Notes: generated from the letters alone by a model not told the origin. A DNA stretch of 64,000 nucleotides from Candidatus Hydrogenedentota bacterium (GCA_963668025.2 CAXXTH010000023.1:96001-160000), one strand, 5' to 3'; counted from the stretch's first letter, positions 40,695-51,088 are shown. Program-made: numbers and translations.

Positions 40695-43319
40695 GTGAAA
40701 AGTGATGACATCCGTTCGCAGTATCTCGAGTTCTTCCGCCAGCGCGGCCATGTGGTCGAACGCAGCGACAAGATAGTTCCGAGCAATGACCCGACGCTGT
40801 TGTTCTCCAGTGCGGGGATGGTGCAGTTCAAGCCGTATTATACGGGCCAGGTGCCCGTGCCCTACCGCCGCGCCACGACCTCGCAGAAATGCCTGCGGGC
40901 GGGCGGAAAGGCGAATGATCTGGATGAAGTGGGCAAAACCTCGCGGCACCTGACGTTTTTCGAGATGCTGGGCAATTTCTCGTTCGGCGATTACTTCAAA
41001 CGCGAGGCCATCACGTGGGCGTGGGAATTCAGCACGCGGGTGATCGGCTTCAAGCCCGAGCAAATCTGGGTGTCCGTGTTTACGGATGACGACGAAGCCC
41101 ATGATATTTGGGCGAAAGAGATCGGCGTTTCTGAGTCGCGCATTGTGCGCATGGGCGTGAAAGACAATTTCTGGGGCCCGGCGGGCGATACGGGGGCGTG
41201 CGGCCCTTGTTCGGAATTGCATCTCGACCGGGGCGCGCACATTGATCCGAACGGCACGCTCGAAGAGAATGACAAAGAGCGCTTTATTGAGTTTTGGAAT
41301 TTGGTGTTTCCGCAATTCGACCAACAGGCCGATGGCTCGCGCCCGCCCCTCAAGAATCGCGGCATCGACACCGGCATGGGCCTTGAACGCATGGCGGCGC
41401 TCCTGCAAGGCGTCGATACGGTATTTGATACGGACGGGATTTTCCCCATTATCGAGGCGACGCAGGCCCTTTCCAAAATACCCTACAAGAAAAATCCCGT
41501 GCCGTACCGAGTCATTGCCGACCATGTGCGGTCCCTGTCCTTCATGATTGCAGACGGCGTGCTGCCCGCCAATGACGGCCGGGGCTATGTCGAGCGGCGC
41601 TTGCTGCGCCGGGCGGCGCGGTTTGGCCGTGAGATCGGACTCGAAAAGCCGTTCCTGCACCAAGTGTGCGCGACGGTGGTCGAATTGATGGGCCACCATT
41701 ATCCCGAATTGTGCGAGCGCCAGCATCAGATTGAAAAGATCGTCCTCACGGAGGAGCAGCGGTTCCAAAGCACCTTGGCGCGCGGCATGGATCTGCTCGA
41801 AGAGATTTTCACCAAGATGGGCGGCGGGAAGACCGTTCCCGGCGAAGAATTGTTCCGCCTTCACGACACCTTTGGCTTCCCTCTCGATTTGGCTACGGAC
41901 ATCGCCGAGGATCGCGGCCTGGCGGTGGACCGGGAAGGATTCCAGGCGGCCATGACGCGCCAGCGCGAGAAGGCTCGAAGCGCCTGGGCGGGTTCGGGTG
42001 AATCGGGCATCGCGCCGGTCTACGGTGTTGTGCGCGGCGAAGTGGGCGATACCGAGTTTGTGGGGTACGACGCCTTGAACGCCGAATCGCGCATCGCGGC
42101 GATTATTCGCAACGGCCAGCGGGTTGGCAAGCTGGCGGAAGGCGAAGAAGGTGAGATCGTCCTCGATAAGACGCCGTTCTACGCCGAGTCTGGCGGACAA
42201 GTAGGCGATGTAGGCACGTTTGAATCCAAAGACGGCTGCGCCCATATCTCCGTCGCAAAAAAATTCGCGGGCAAGATGGTGATTCATCTCGCCCGTATCA
42301 CCACCGGCGCGCTCCAAGTGGGTGATGCCATCGAAGCCCAAGTGGACACGGCGGCCCGCGAGGCTACGCAGGGCCATCATACGGCGACCCACCTGCTCCA
42401 GGCGGCGCTCCAGGATATCCTGGGCGATCATGTGCAGCAGGCAGGCTCGCATGTCGGGCCGGACCGGCTCCGTTTCGATTTCACCCATTTCGAGGGCGTG
42501 GACGCGGAACGCTTGCGCGATATCGAGCGCATGGTGAACCAGTTCATCCGCACGGATTCCCCGGTGGATATTGAAAGCATGCCGCTGGATAAGGCCCGCG
42601 AGGCGGGCGCGATGGCGCTGTTCGGTGAGAAATACGAGGATGTGGTGCGCGTCGTGAAAGTCGATGGCATCAGCATGGAGCTGTGCGGCGGCACGCATGT
42701 GGCGCGCACCGGCGTGATCGGCTATTTCACGGTTTTGAGCGAGTCGTCCATTTCGGCGGGCGTGCGGCGCATCGAGGCGGTGTGCGGCGAATCCGCAGTG
42801 GACGCCGTGCAGGAACGCGAACGGCGTCTAACAGCGGCGGCGCGGCTGATGAACGCAAGCCCGGATGATATCGAGGCGCGCGTGCAAGCCATGCAGGACG
42901 AGCTCAAGCGCCTGAACCGGGAAGTCGCTAAATGGAAACAGGCCGCCGCCACCGGCGGTTCGGTGGATTATATGTCCAAAGTGGTGGACCTCGAAGGCGT
43001 GAAGCTGCTGGCCTGTGAAGTGGATGGCCAGGACGCGGCGGGGCTGCGCATGGTCATGGACAACCTGCGCGATAAGCTAGGTTCAGGCGTACTGGTGCTG
43101 GGCAGCGCCGCCGAGGGGAAAGTCTCGTTGTGCGCCGCCGTATCGAAAGACCTCGTCGGCCGGGTGCATGCGGGTAATATCGTCAAGCAACTGGCGCCCA
43201 TCGTGGGCGGCGGCGGCGGCGGTAAACCCGACATGGCGCAAGCGGGTGGCAAGCTCCCCGATAAGTTGAGCGAAGCCATCGCCCAGGTGGAAGTGGTCGT
43301 GCGGGGGATGCTGGCGTAA
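40695..43319 (+). CDS. alaS: Alanine--tRNA ligase
   Basis: DPTLLF..AGM, HLTFFEMLGNFSFGDYFK, DTGMGLER, HHTATHLL, ELCGGTH, GGGGGK. Confidence 0.98.
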   Translation: MKSDDIRSQYLEFFRQRGHVVERSDKIVPSNDPTLLFSSAGMVQFKPYYTGQVPVPYRRATTSQKCLRAGGKANDLDEVGKTSRHLTFFEMLGNFSFGDYFKREAITWAWEFSTRVIGFKPEQIWVSVFTDDDEAHDIWAKEIGVSESRIVRMGVKDNFWGPAGDTGACGPCSELHLDRGAHIDPNGTLEENDKERFIEFWNLVFPQFDQQADGSRPPLKNRGIDTGMGLERMAALLQGVDTVFDTDGIFPIIEATQALSKIPYKKNPVPYRVIADHVRSLSFMIADGVLPANDGRGYVERRLLRRAARFGREIGLEKPFLHQVCATVVELMGHHYPELCERQHQIEKIVLTEEQRFQSTLARGMDLLEEIFTKMGGGKTVPGEELFRLHDTFGFPLDLATDIAEDRGLAVDREGFQAAMTRQREKARSAWAGSGESGIAPVYGVVRGEVGDTEFVGYDALNAESRIAAIIRNGQRVGKLAEGEEGEIVLDKTPFYAESGGQVGDVGTFESKDGCAHISVAKKFAGKMVIHLARITTGALQVGDAIEAQVDTAAREATQGHHTATHLLQAALQDILGDHVQQAGSHVGPDRLRFDFTHFEGVDAERLRDIERMVNQFIRTDSPVDIESMPLDKAREAGAMALFGEKYEDVVRVVKVDGISMELCGGTHVARTGVIGYFTVLSESSISAGVRRIEAVCGESAVDAVQERERRLTAAARLMNASPDDIEARVQAMQDELKRLNREVAKWKQAAATGGSVDYMSKVVDLEGVKLLACEVDGQDAAGLRMVMDNLRDKLGSGVLVLGSAAEGKVSLCAAVSKDLVGRVHAGNIVKQLAPIVGGGGGGKPDMAQAGGKLPDKLSEAIAQVEVVVRGMLA

Positions 43320-43351
43320 CACAAAAATAGAGGCGTCTCGCCTGTGCCTTT

Positions 43352-43500
43352 TTTTAGACATGATTTACAAGATGAACAAGATTTTTTAGATTGGATTTAT
43401 TATGCGAAAGAATCCATGTCTAAAATAAAGAAAACAATGTATGAACTAATGAGAATGCTATGAAAAATCGTTGCTATCATCTTGTAAATCATGCCCAAAA
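43352..43500. repeat. Hairpin element A flanking the GxxExxY gene
   Basis: TTTTA GACATGATT TACAAGATG AACAAGATT ... CATCTTGTA AATCATGCC CAAAA; diverged direct repeat of 43916-44076. Confidence 0.85.
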
Positions 43501-43518
43501 AAGTAGGGATGCGGAACG

Positions 43519-43905
43519 ATGGAAGTAAACGAATTGACCAAGCTGGTTATTGGTTCCGCCTACACGGTCCATAATGTTCTGGGTTCCGGTTTTTTAGAGA
43601 AAGTGTACGAAAATGCGCTGTTGATCGAGTTGTTGGAGATAGGGTTGTCGGCGAAGCAGCAGGCAGAAATACCGGTTTACTATCGAGGGAAGAACGTAGG
43701 AGATTTTGTGGCGGATCTGATTGTTGAGGATAGGCTTATTATCGAGTTGAAAGCCGTGCAATCCCTTGCCAAAGAGCATGAAGTCCAACTAGTCAATTAT
43801 CTGAACGCGACGGAAATAGAGAATGGGTTGCTCATTAATTTTGGATCTTCCGTCACGGTGAAACGAAAATTCCGCCGATATGAATCCGCGGAAGATATTC
43901 TATAA
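43519..43905 (+). CDS. GxxExxY protein (PD-(D/E)XK-like putative nuclease)
   Basis: GSGFLEKVY, ADLIVEDRLIIELKAV, QLVNYL, GLLINFG. Confidence 0.93.
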   Translation: MEVNELTKLVIGSAYTVHNVLGSGFLEKVYENALLIELLEIGLSAKQQAEIPVYYRGKNVGDFVADLIVEDRLIIELKAVQSLAKEHEVQLVNYLNATEIENGLLINFGSSVTVKRKFRRYESAEDIL

Positions 43906-43915
43906 GGTGCTGTTT

Positions 43916-44076
43916 TTTTAGACATGATATACAAGATGGACAAGATTTTTATTGATTGGGTTTACAATAGAAATAAATGAATGACATAAATAAAACACAT
44001 GAGAATGAGTGAACTTATGAGAATGCTATTAAAAATCTTCGTTATCATCTTGTAAATCTTGTTAATCATGTCTAAA
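43916..44076. repeat. Hairpin element B flanking the GxxExxY gene
   Basis: TTTTA GACATGATA TACAAGATG GACAAGATT ... CATCTTGTA AATCTTGTT AATCATGTC TAAA. Confidence 0.85.
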
Positions 44077-44112
44077 TAAAGCATGTGGGGAAACAACATC
44101 AGGATACGCTTT

Positions 44113-44556
44113 ATGTTGGAAGGCCGGATGATCGGGTTAGATATAGGCGATGTGCGGATCGGCGTCGCCGTGAGCGATGGACTGGGCATCACGGCCCAGC
44201 CGCGCGAAGTGATCGCCGTGTCCACGCCCGAGAAGGATATCGCGGTCATCCGGGCCATTATCGAGGAGACGCGCGCCGTGCGCATCGTAGCGGGCTTGCC
44301 GCTTGACCGCGAAGGCAAGGCGGGGCATCAGGCGCAGAAAGTGCTTGGTTTTCTGGATCAGTTGCGCGCCACCATTGAAATTCCCATTGTAATGCAGGAT
44401 GAACGTTTCACGACGGCCTCCGTACAGCGCAGCATGATCGCCGCCGATGTGAGCCGCAAGAAGCGCAAGCAAATAGTGGATAAGCTGGCGGCGCAGCAGA
44501 TTCTACAAGCGTATCTGGACCGGCAGGCCCACGAGCGGAAATACCCTTCGACATGA
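44113..44556 (+). CDS. ruvX: YqgF/RuvX family RNase H-fold nuclease
   Basis: IGLDIGDVRIGVAVSD, GLP, DERFTT, VDKLAA..IL. Confidence 0.93.
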   Translation: MLEGRMIGLDIGDVRIGVAVSDGLGITAQPREVIAVSTPEKDIAVIRAIIEETRAVRIVAGLPLDREGKAGHQAQKVLGFLDQLRATIEIPIVMQDERFTTASVQRSMIAADVSRKKRKQIVDKLAAQQILQAYLDRQAHERKYPST

Positions 44557-45695
44557 GCAGCGAACACGGCGAGGTGATATTCGGAACGGACGAAGAAAAG
44601 CCCAAGCGTTCCCGCGCCGGATGTTGTCTTCGGGTATTGATTCGCACGGCGCTTGCCTTGCTGGCAATTGCAGCGCTGGCGGCTGCGGGTGTGGGCGTGC
44701 TCGGATATCTGGCCTACGACCGCATCACTGGCACGGGCGCACCAGGTGAAAAGGTGCATGTTGAGATTCCCGAAGGGGCCACGGGCCGTAGCGCGGGACA
44801 GATACTATCCAGCGCGGGCCTCATCGAACACGAATTCATGCTGCGCGGCGCGATGCATCTCGATAAAACAGGCAAGACCATCAAGCATGGCGCATACGAG
44901 CTGCCCAAGGGGCTGTCAGCCATGCAATATCTCGAATTGCTGGACAAGGGGCCAAACGCCGTCTTTGATGCGGGGGGAATTCCGCCGGAACGCCGGTTGA
45001 CTGTTCCCGAGGGCCTCAGCATCAACCAGATGGCCGCCCTCTTCGATGACCCCGAGGCGTTCAAGGAAGCTGCCGCTGATCCAGGCCTCCGCACACGCAT
45101 GGGCGTCCGCGCGGCTACCCTCGAAGGCTTTCTGATGCCGGACACGTATTATTTTGATCAGAAGCCCACGCCGCGCGAGGCCGTCGAGCGCATGGCGTCG
45201 CAGTTCGAACGCGAATTCGCGGAACTGCTTGCTTTGTATCCTCTGCCCGCGGATTATGACCGCGACGCGGTGGTGGCGGTGGCGTCGCTGGTGGAGGAAG
45301 AGGCCAAAGTGGATGAAGAACGTCCGCTGGTGGCGGCGGTCATTTATAATCGATTGAAAAAGGGGATTCCTTTGGGCATGGATTCCACCCTCCAATTTTC
45401 GCTGAACAAATACGGCCAGCGCATGCTCGATGCCGATAAGGAAGTGGATTCGCCTTACAATACGTATAAGAACGCGGGCTTGCCGCCAGGGCCCATATGC
45501 AGCCCTGGCCTTGCCGCCTTGCGCGCCGCGCTCGATCCCGCCCGTGAGAATTACTTATACTTCGTATCGAATGCGGATGGGCGCACGCATACCTTTAGCA
45601 AGACGCTAGAGGAGCATAACCGCGCCGTATCGCGTTTCCGTAAAGAAATTCGGGTGCAGCGGCGGCAGCTTAAGCAGGATACCGATGGCAATTGA
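44553..45695 (+). CDS. mltG: Endolytic transglycosylase MltG
   Basis: LEGFLMPDTY, ASLVEEE, SPYNTY, GLPPGPI, YLYFV. Confidence 0.94.
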   Translation: MSSEHGEVIFGTDEEKPKRSRAGCCLRVLIRTALALLAIAALAAAGVGVLGYLAYDRITGTGAPGEKVHVEIPEGATGRSAGQILSSAGLIEHEFMLRGAMHLDKTGKTIKHGAYELPKGLSAMQYLELLDKGPNAVFDAGGIPPERRLTVPEGLSINQMAALFDDPEAFKEAAADPGLRTRMGVRAATLEGFLMPDTYYFDQKPTPREAVERMASQFEREFAELLALYPLPADYDRDAVVAVASLVEEEAKVDEERPLVAAVIYNRLKKGIPLGMDSTLQFSLNKYGQRMLDADKEVDSPYNTYKNAGLPPGPICSPGLAALRAALDPARENYLYFVSNADGRTHTFSKTLEEHNRAVSRFRKEIRVQRRQLKQDTDGN

Positions 45696-46491
45696 GCGTA
45701 CACATCACCAGCCCATAGCGCCACGGGAGCGCATTCTTGTGGCGGCGGCCCATGAGCCTGAGCGGGAATTGCGCCTGGCGGAAGCATACGGCACGGGCGT
45801 GGAAATCCAGTATTTTTCATTTCCCCAGACACTTGCGGGTGATTTCGAGCCCGCCCTTTCCCAGTTAGCGGAACGCCTCAATGATTTTCCAGGCCGGATA
45901 GGCGCGCATGGCGCGTTTATCGACACCTGCCATTTCAGCGCCGACCCTGAGGTCCGGCGCGTGGCGCGCATGCGATATATCCAGTCGCTCGATATTGCAG
46001 AACGCCTCGGTGCGCGTTACGTGGTTTTCCACAGCCAATACAATCCCGTGATCAAGGTCGCCGCATATCCACAAATCTATCTCGATGGCAGCCTCGAATT
46101 CTGGCCGCCCATGATTGAAGAGGCCTCGAGGCGCGGCATCGTCCTCTATATGGAGAATATGTTCGATCACTCGCCCGAGCCGCTGCGGCGGCTCATGGAG
46201 CGATTGCACGGGCCGTATTTCCGCGTCTGTATCGATATCGCGCATGTTGCGGTGTTTTCGAGCCTGGATTTTTCGGGCTGGATAGACGAGTTGCAGCCCT
46301 ACTTGGCCCATGTCCACATGAACGATTGCGATGGCGAATTGGATGATCATCTCGGCCTTGGCCGGGGCAAGCTGGATCTGCCGCAGGCTTTCCAATTGCT
46401 GCGCGCCGCCAACTCTGAACTGACCTATACACTCGAAACCAGCCGTGATACGGACGCGAGCATGGCCTATATCGGCCTTGAACCTCTATAA
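45685..46491 (+). CDS. Sugar phosphate isomerase/epimerase (AP endonuclease 2 TIM barrel)
   Basis: VVFH, YMENM, CIDIAH, HVHMND..DDHL.LG.G. Confidence 0.85.
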   Translation: MAIERTHHQPIAPRERILVAAAHEPERELRLAEAYGTGVEIQYFSFPQTLAGDFEPALSQLAERLNDFPGRIGAHGAFIDTCHFSADPEVRRVARMRYIQSLDIAERLGARYVVFHSQYNPVIKVAAYPQIYLDGSLEFWPPMIEEASRRGIVLYMENMFDHSPEPLRRLMERLHGPYFRVCIDIAHVAVFSSLDFSGWIDELQPYLAHVHMNDCDGELDDHLGLGRGKLDLPQAFQLLRAANSELTYTLETSRDTDASMAYIGLEPL

Positions 46492-46632
46492 CACCGTTGG
46501 GAAGGATTTGATCCGCCATTCGAGGTTTTCTGCACGCTCGGCGGGGAAAGCCGATGTTTTTTCCGCTTACAAATGCGTGAACCTCGATTTCAAGTCATGT
46601 ACAATGACGTGGGCGTTGCCCACAACCAAAGA

Positions 46633-46793
46633 TCCGGATATTTCACCACGAGATACGAAGGACACGAAGTTTTTCTGTAGATGCTGCTCACAATATCATG
46701 GGCTGAATACCGTTTCGAGAGGCAGCCATTGGTTATGATCATACCGTTTTCTGCTTCGTGTTCTTCGTGCTCTTCGTGGTGAAGCTATCCGGA
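46633..46793. repeat. Periodic hairpin element (3 x ~9 nt arms)
   Basis: TCCGGATA TTTCACCACGAGATACGAAGGACACGAAG ... CTTCGTGTT CTTCGTGCT CTTCGTGGTGAA GC TATCCGGA. Confidence 0.8.
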
Positions 46794-46853
46794 AATTCTG
46801 ACCACAAATATACACAGCGCAGTAGAGCCGTAACCAAAGTGCTTCACTTTTTT

Positions 46854-46882
46854 ACCGCGAATGGACGCGAATGAACGCGAAT
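46854..46882. repeat. Orphan arm of a periodic element (3 x ~10 nt)
   Basis: ACCGCGAAT GGACGCGAAT GAACGCGAAT. Confidence 0.6.
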
Positions 46883-47118
46883 ATGTTCTCTGACTTGGGT
46901 TTTGGCCACAATGTAGTATTTGTCGCAGTTTTATCAGTTCCGTCACCAAGGCTAAGCTATTGATTTTAGGAGAATTACAGTCTGCAGGCACTATTGGCGC
47001 CGCAACTTCTTGTTGTTCTTTGCAGCTTCTAAGTTTTAAGGTACTGATATACATGAAATGGAGCAATATTGCTCCTAATGGCGTTGGACTCCTAAAAAAT
47101 AGACTCGCGGGATATCAC

Positions 47119-47754
47119 ATGCTGCATGTGTTTATAAAAGGTATTGGAGCGGGCTTCGCCATAGCGGCCCCGGTGGGGCCCGTGGGTGTTTTGTGTATAC
47201 GGCGGACTCTTGCGCAAGGCCAATGGGTGGGGCTGGCGTCTGGCATGGGGGCCGTTGCCGCCGACACCGCGTATGCGTGCCTGGCGGGCTTTGGCCTGCA
47301 TTACATCCATCAATTGCTGGCGGAGTACGGCCCCTGGCTACAATTGGCGCTAGGTTTAGTATTGCTGGCGGTGGGTATTGACACGTTTTACGCGAAGGCC
47401 CGGAAGAGCGAGCGCCCGGTATCAGATGCAGGCACTATCGTTGGGGCGTTTGCATCGGCTTTCGCCATCACGCTGGCTAATCCCTTCACGTTTTTCGCGT
47501 ATCTTGCCGTATTTTCCGCTTTTCAGTTTGCCGCAGCCCCTGGCGGGATTAGCGAAGCCTTTCTTGTGGCCGCGGGGGCCATGTTAGGTTCCGCAGTGTG
47601 GTGGATTACCCTCGCGATTGCTTCATCTTCTTTTAGCCATTGGTTTCATTCCGGACACCTCGTATGGATTAATAGAATCGCGGGGCTGGTGATAGGCATG
47701 TTCGGCCTCTGGGCGCTGGTGGATTGGGCTGGCCTGCGCCTGTCTGGAAGCTGA
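47119..47754 (+). CDS. LysE family transporter
   Basis: GFAIAAPVGPVGVLCIRRTL, TLANP. Confidence 0.92.
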   Translation: MLHVFIKGIGAGFAIAAPVGPVGVLCIRRTLAQGQWVGLASGMGAVAADTAYACLAGFGLHYIHQLLAEYGPWLQLALGLVLLAVGIDTFYAKARKSERPVSDAGTIVGAFASAFAITLANPFTFFAYLAVFSAFQFAAAPGGISEAFLVAAGAMLGSAVWWITLAIASSSFSHWFHSGHLVWINRIAGLVIGMFGLWALVDWAGLRLSGS

Positions 47755-47775
47755 GAACGCCAGGAGAAGCGAAAC

Positions 47776-48117
47776 ATGAAATGTTGCCACAATTGCGGGC
47801 ATCCTTGGGAAAGCGCCAAGAATCAGCCTGCCGTGAAAGACTTCTGTGAGCAGTGTTCGGCGTATCTCCATTGCTGCCTCAACTGCCGTTTCCGTGATCC
47901 CGCGAAACACAACGAATGTGCGATACCTAACACCGACTGGGTGGGTGATCGAGCTGGGGCGAATTTCTGCGACGAGTTCGATTTCAAGCATATGCATGAG
48001 GAACAAGGAAAAGCCGACGCGGAAACGAAAGCGAAGGGCCAATTTGACCGGCTCTTTGGAGAGTCTAGCGCCGGTGGCGGAAATCCGAAGAGTTTTGATG
48101 ACCTTTTTAAGAATTAA
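47776..48117 (+). CDS. Small Cys-rich (zinc-binding-like) hypothetical protein
   Basis: CHNC..CEQC..HCCLNC..C..NFC; AGGAG RBS. Confidence 0.75.
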   Translation: MKCCHNCGHPWESAKNQPAVKDFCEQCSAYLHCCLNCRFRDPAKHNECAIPNTDWVGDRAGANFCDEFDFKHMHEEQGKADAETKAKGQFDRLFGESSAGGGNPKSFDDLFKN

Positions 48118-48146
48118 CCTGCAAGTGTCCTTGGCGAGGCGCAGCG

Positions 48147-49328
48147 TTGCGTATCATTTTTCATGAACCCCTATGCGCGGGCGTCGTGCATGCGCCTTTC
48201 AACGCGGCCCTGGTGCGTACGGCGTTGGCGGCATGGCCCGAAGATCAGGGTTTGTTCCTGGGCGAGCCGGGCCATATCGCCCATGTGCGCGGGTTATTCG
48301 AGCGCCATTGGCCGGAAGAAGCGTCCCGGATGCAATGGCAGGCCGCGCCTATTCGGCCCGAAAGCGGCGGCTGGCGCATCATGCGTGCGGAATGGGCAGG
48401 ATACCGGCGCACACTCGATGAGGCGGCGGCCCCTGGCGTACGCTGCCTGCTCCTTTGCGCCGCATCCGGTTCGAGCCTGCTGCCGTTAAAAATGCTGATG
48501 CATGCCCGGCGCACGAATACGCCGGTCGTGGCGGTGTTGCACGGCGTGCTGGGATATCTGGCCGAACCCTCGCCAAAAACGCCTTGGCGCTGGGCCTTGA
48601 GCTTGCGGCAAACCTTGCGCATTCCCCATCCCAAAGCCTTGCGCTATATCGCCTTGGGGCTATCCATCCATGCCCGCTTGGCGGAGGTTGTTCCCTGGGC
48701 CTCGCCGTGGTTTGATTCGATGGACCATCCCTATTTTTGGGAGGCCTTGGAGCCTGCATCGCCGCCGGACAATGCCCCTGTATGCTTTGGCTTTTTAGGT
48801 GTCACAGACCGGCAAAAAGGCTTCGACGCCTTCATTCGCCTGGCCAGGGATGTGCGCGCGCAGATTGCTGAAGCGCGCTTCTTGCTCGTGGGACATCTGG
48901 GCGCGGGAAATATTCCAGCGGATGCTGAATCGTTGATCGAGGGAGTGGGCCGGGAGCCATTGCCGCCCGCAGCGTATGCCTCCCGGGCGCGGGAAACGGC
49001 GTATGCGGTGTGGACTGGTAATCCGGCGTTCTACCAGCTCACCGCCAGCGCCTCGTTTCTCGACGCGCTTTCATTCCTCAAGCCGGTGATTTGCCTGCGC
49101 AATCCGTACGCCGGGCATTATTTCGAGCGCATGGGGGATATCGGTTATCTGTGCGATACATACGAGGACGTGCGCCGTACGATGGAATCCGTGGCAAGCG
49201 CGTTTCCATCCGTGCGCTACCGCCAGCAACAACTAAACATGCTGGCAGGGCGCAAGTTGCTTGAGCCGGAGCGGGTGGCTGCCCAATTGCGTGCGAGCGT
49301 GGAACGAAACATGCCGCATCCGCACTAA
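48147..49328 (+). CDS. GT-B fold glycosyltransferase-like protein
   Basis: FGFLG..DRQKGFDAF, ASFLDALSFLKPVI. Confidence 0.7.
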   Translation: MRIIFHEPLCAGVVHAPFNAALVRTALAAWPEDQGLFLGEPGHIAHVRGLFERHWPEEASRMQWQAAPIRPESGGWRIMRAEWAGYRRTLDEAAAPGVRCLLLCAASGSSLLPLKMLMHARRTNTPVVAVLHGVLGYLAEPSPKTPWRWALSLRQTLRIPHPKALRYIALGLSIHARLAEVVPWASPWFDSMDHPYFWEALEPASPPDNAPVCFGFLGVTDRQKGFDAFIRLARDVRAQIAEARFLLVGHLGAGNIPADAESLIEGVGREPLPPAAYASRARETAYAVWTGNPAFYQLTASASFLDALSFLKPVICLRNPYAGHYFERMGDIGYLCDTYEDVRRTMESVASAFPSVRYRQQQLNMLAGRKLLEPERVAAQLRASVERNMPHPH

Positions 49329-50686
49329 ATAAGGCCGTGGGAAATCAGCAGCGCCGCCATCGAGAGCACGAGGAAGAAGCCACACATGTCGCCGAACGTC
49401 GTAACTACGAGCGGTGCAGCCAGAGCGGGATCAAAACCTAGTCGTTTCCAAAACAACGGAATCAGCCCGCCCACCGTCAAAGCGACGAAAATATTCATGG
49501 ACAGCGCGCCCCCAGCGAGCAAGCCTATAAACGGATTATGGTGCAACAGATAAGCGATGGCTCCTAACGATGCGCCCATGACCGTGGCGATGATGAGCCC
49601 CACCTGCATCTCTTTTCGCCACACGCGCAGGTAATCCTGGGGTTGGATTAGGCCCATGGCCAGCTCACGAATGCTGACCGCCACCGCCTGGTTGCCGCAG
49701 CAGCCGCTCATATTGGCGATGACCGGGATAAAAAACACCAGTGCGATTTTGCGGGCTATCGTGTCCTCGAACTGCAGAATGACGCTTGCCGCGCATAAGC
49801 TCAGGCCCATGTTGATCAACAGCCACGCCAAACGCCGCGAAGCACGCGGAAAGACAGGCATGTTCCGGAATTCCTCGCCGCCGATGATACCGCCGAACCG
49901 CATCAACGACTGCTCGGCCCGCTCACTATACGCTTCCTCGGCGTCGCCCCGGCGCACCACGCCCGCCATCACCCCGTTGTGGTCCGTCACGGGCACTCCC
50001 ACAAAGGCGTAACGATCGAAAAACTCGTCGAGTTCATCCAGCGTGCTGTCCACATAGACATACAGCGGATTGGGTATCATGACGCTCGTGAGCGGCGCTT
50101 CGGGTTTCGACAAGATCAAATCCCGCAATCGAATTACGCCCACCAAGCGCTCGTGCTCGTTGATGACATACGCGTATTGGACGCCATAATCCGAATACAT
50201 ATCCGCATTATCCCGGAGATCCTGGAGCACGTCCTTCACATGCAGATTCATGTGGTATGACAAGAACTCCGTAATCATGATGCCGCCCGCCAGATCCTCG
50301 GGATACGTGAGCAATTGCCGGGCGTCCTCGGCTTCCTCCGGATCCATCTTGTCAAGGATGGCTTCGGCCTCATCTTCCTCCATCTCGCCCAGCACGTCCA
50401 CGCGGTGGCCGCTATCCATTTCGTCGATGATGGCGGCGGCGTGGTCCGGCTCGAGTTCTTCAATGAGGTCCGCGCCTTGCGTGTCCGACAATTCTTCAAG
50501 GAGGTCGGCCGCATCTTCCGGTTCGAGCAGCATGAGGAGCGCCGCCTGCTGGCTGTCATCCAAACGCGATACCGCCCGGGCGATCTCGGCCGAGGAGAGC
50601 GTGGCGAGAAACTCCGTGACTTTGTCCGGATTTCCCTGGGCTACAAGGCCTTCGATCACTTCCCATGGCTGTAAAACATCGGTCAT
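49325..50686 (-). CDS. mgtE: Magnesium transporter MgtE
   Basis: Acidic N-domain, YPEDLAGGIM, CBS pair, five TM helices, DPALAAPLVVTTFGD. Confidence 0.95.
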   Translation of the reverse strand: MTDVLQPWEVIEGLVAQGNPDKVTEFLATLSSAEIARAVSRLDDSQQAALLMLLEPEDAADLLEELSDTQGADLIEELEPDHAAAIIDEMDSGHRVDVLGEMEEDEAEAILDKMDPEEAEDARQLLTYPEDLAGGIMITEFLSYHMNLHVKDVLQDLRDNADMYSDYGVQYAYVINEHERLVGVIRLRDLILSKPEAPLTSVMIPNPLYVYVDSTLDELDEFFDRYAFVGVPVTDHNGVMAGVVRRGDAEEAYSERAEQSLMRFGGIIGGEEFRNMPVFPRASRRLAWLLINMGLSLCAASVILQFEDTIARKIALVFFIPVIANMSGCCGNQAVAVSIRELAMGLIQPQDYLRVWRKEMQVGLIIATVMGASLGAIAYLLHHNPFIGLLAGGALSMNIFVALTVGGLIPLFWKRLGFDPALAAPLVVTTFGDMCGFFLVLSMAALLISHGLI

Positions 50687-51088
50687 AAGCGCTCCTCTCT
50701 CGCGGCGCACGGCCGGATGAATAGCTTATGTCATGGCCTCAGGCGGCATGGCCTCCTAGAGACGGGCAACTACGCAAATTATAGGCCCTTACGTCGGCGT
50801 TTCACACCCATGTATCCGTCTACCCAAAGTGGAGATTTTACGTCCAAGCAAGAGGCGCCCACCCCTGGTGAAGCAAAAAGGCATTCGGCAAGGGCTATAC
50901 CAAAGTGTATCAGAGCAGCCGAAAAGCCTCAAGGAAGATGAAAAACAGGTGAGTGCGTTTGCCGGTTCTGTCAAGTGTATTCACCGCCTATTGACAGCCC
51001 AATGATAGTGTGCGATACTAGACGTACTAAAAAGCGATTACCCGATTGCGCGTACCAGGGAACGTGCTCTCGCAAAAGGGAGGCCGCC

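Noticed and set aside
40623-42698. 691-aa minus-strand ORF; similarly 26491-27738, 5224-6468, 30518-32050 and 62237-63859
   Set aside because: Antisense shadows of well-supported genes (alaS, rel, atpI, transposase) in GC-rich DNA; no recognisable motifs.
43352-44076. Possible CRISPR array or integron attC sites
   Set aside because: Only two long units, no regular repeat-spacer pattern, no cas or intI gene in the window, and no clear RYYYAAC/GTTRRRY ends.
50975-51088. Upstream extensions given by the ORF track (also at 721, 10120, 12788, 16957, 20677, 46960 and 58730)
   Set aside because: Downstream starts have better RBS, signal-peptide or family N-terminus support.
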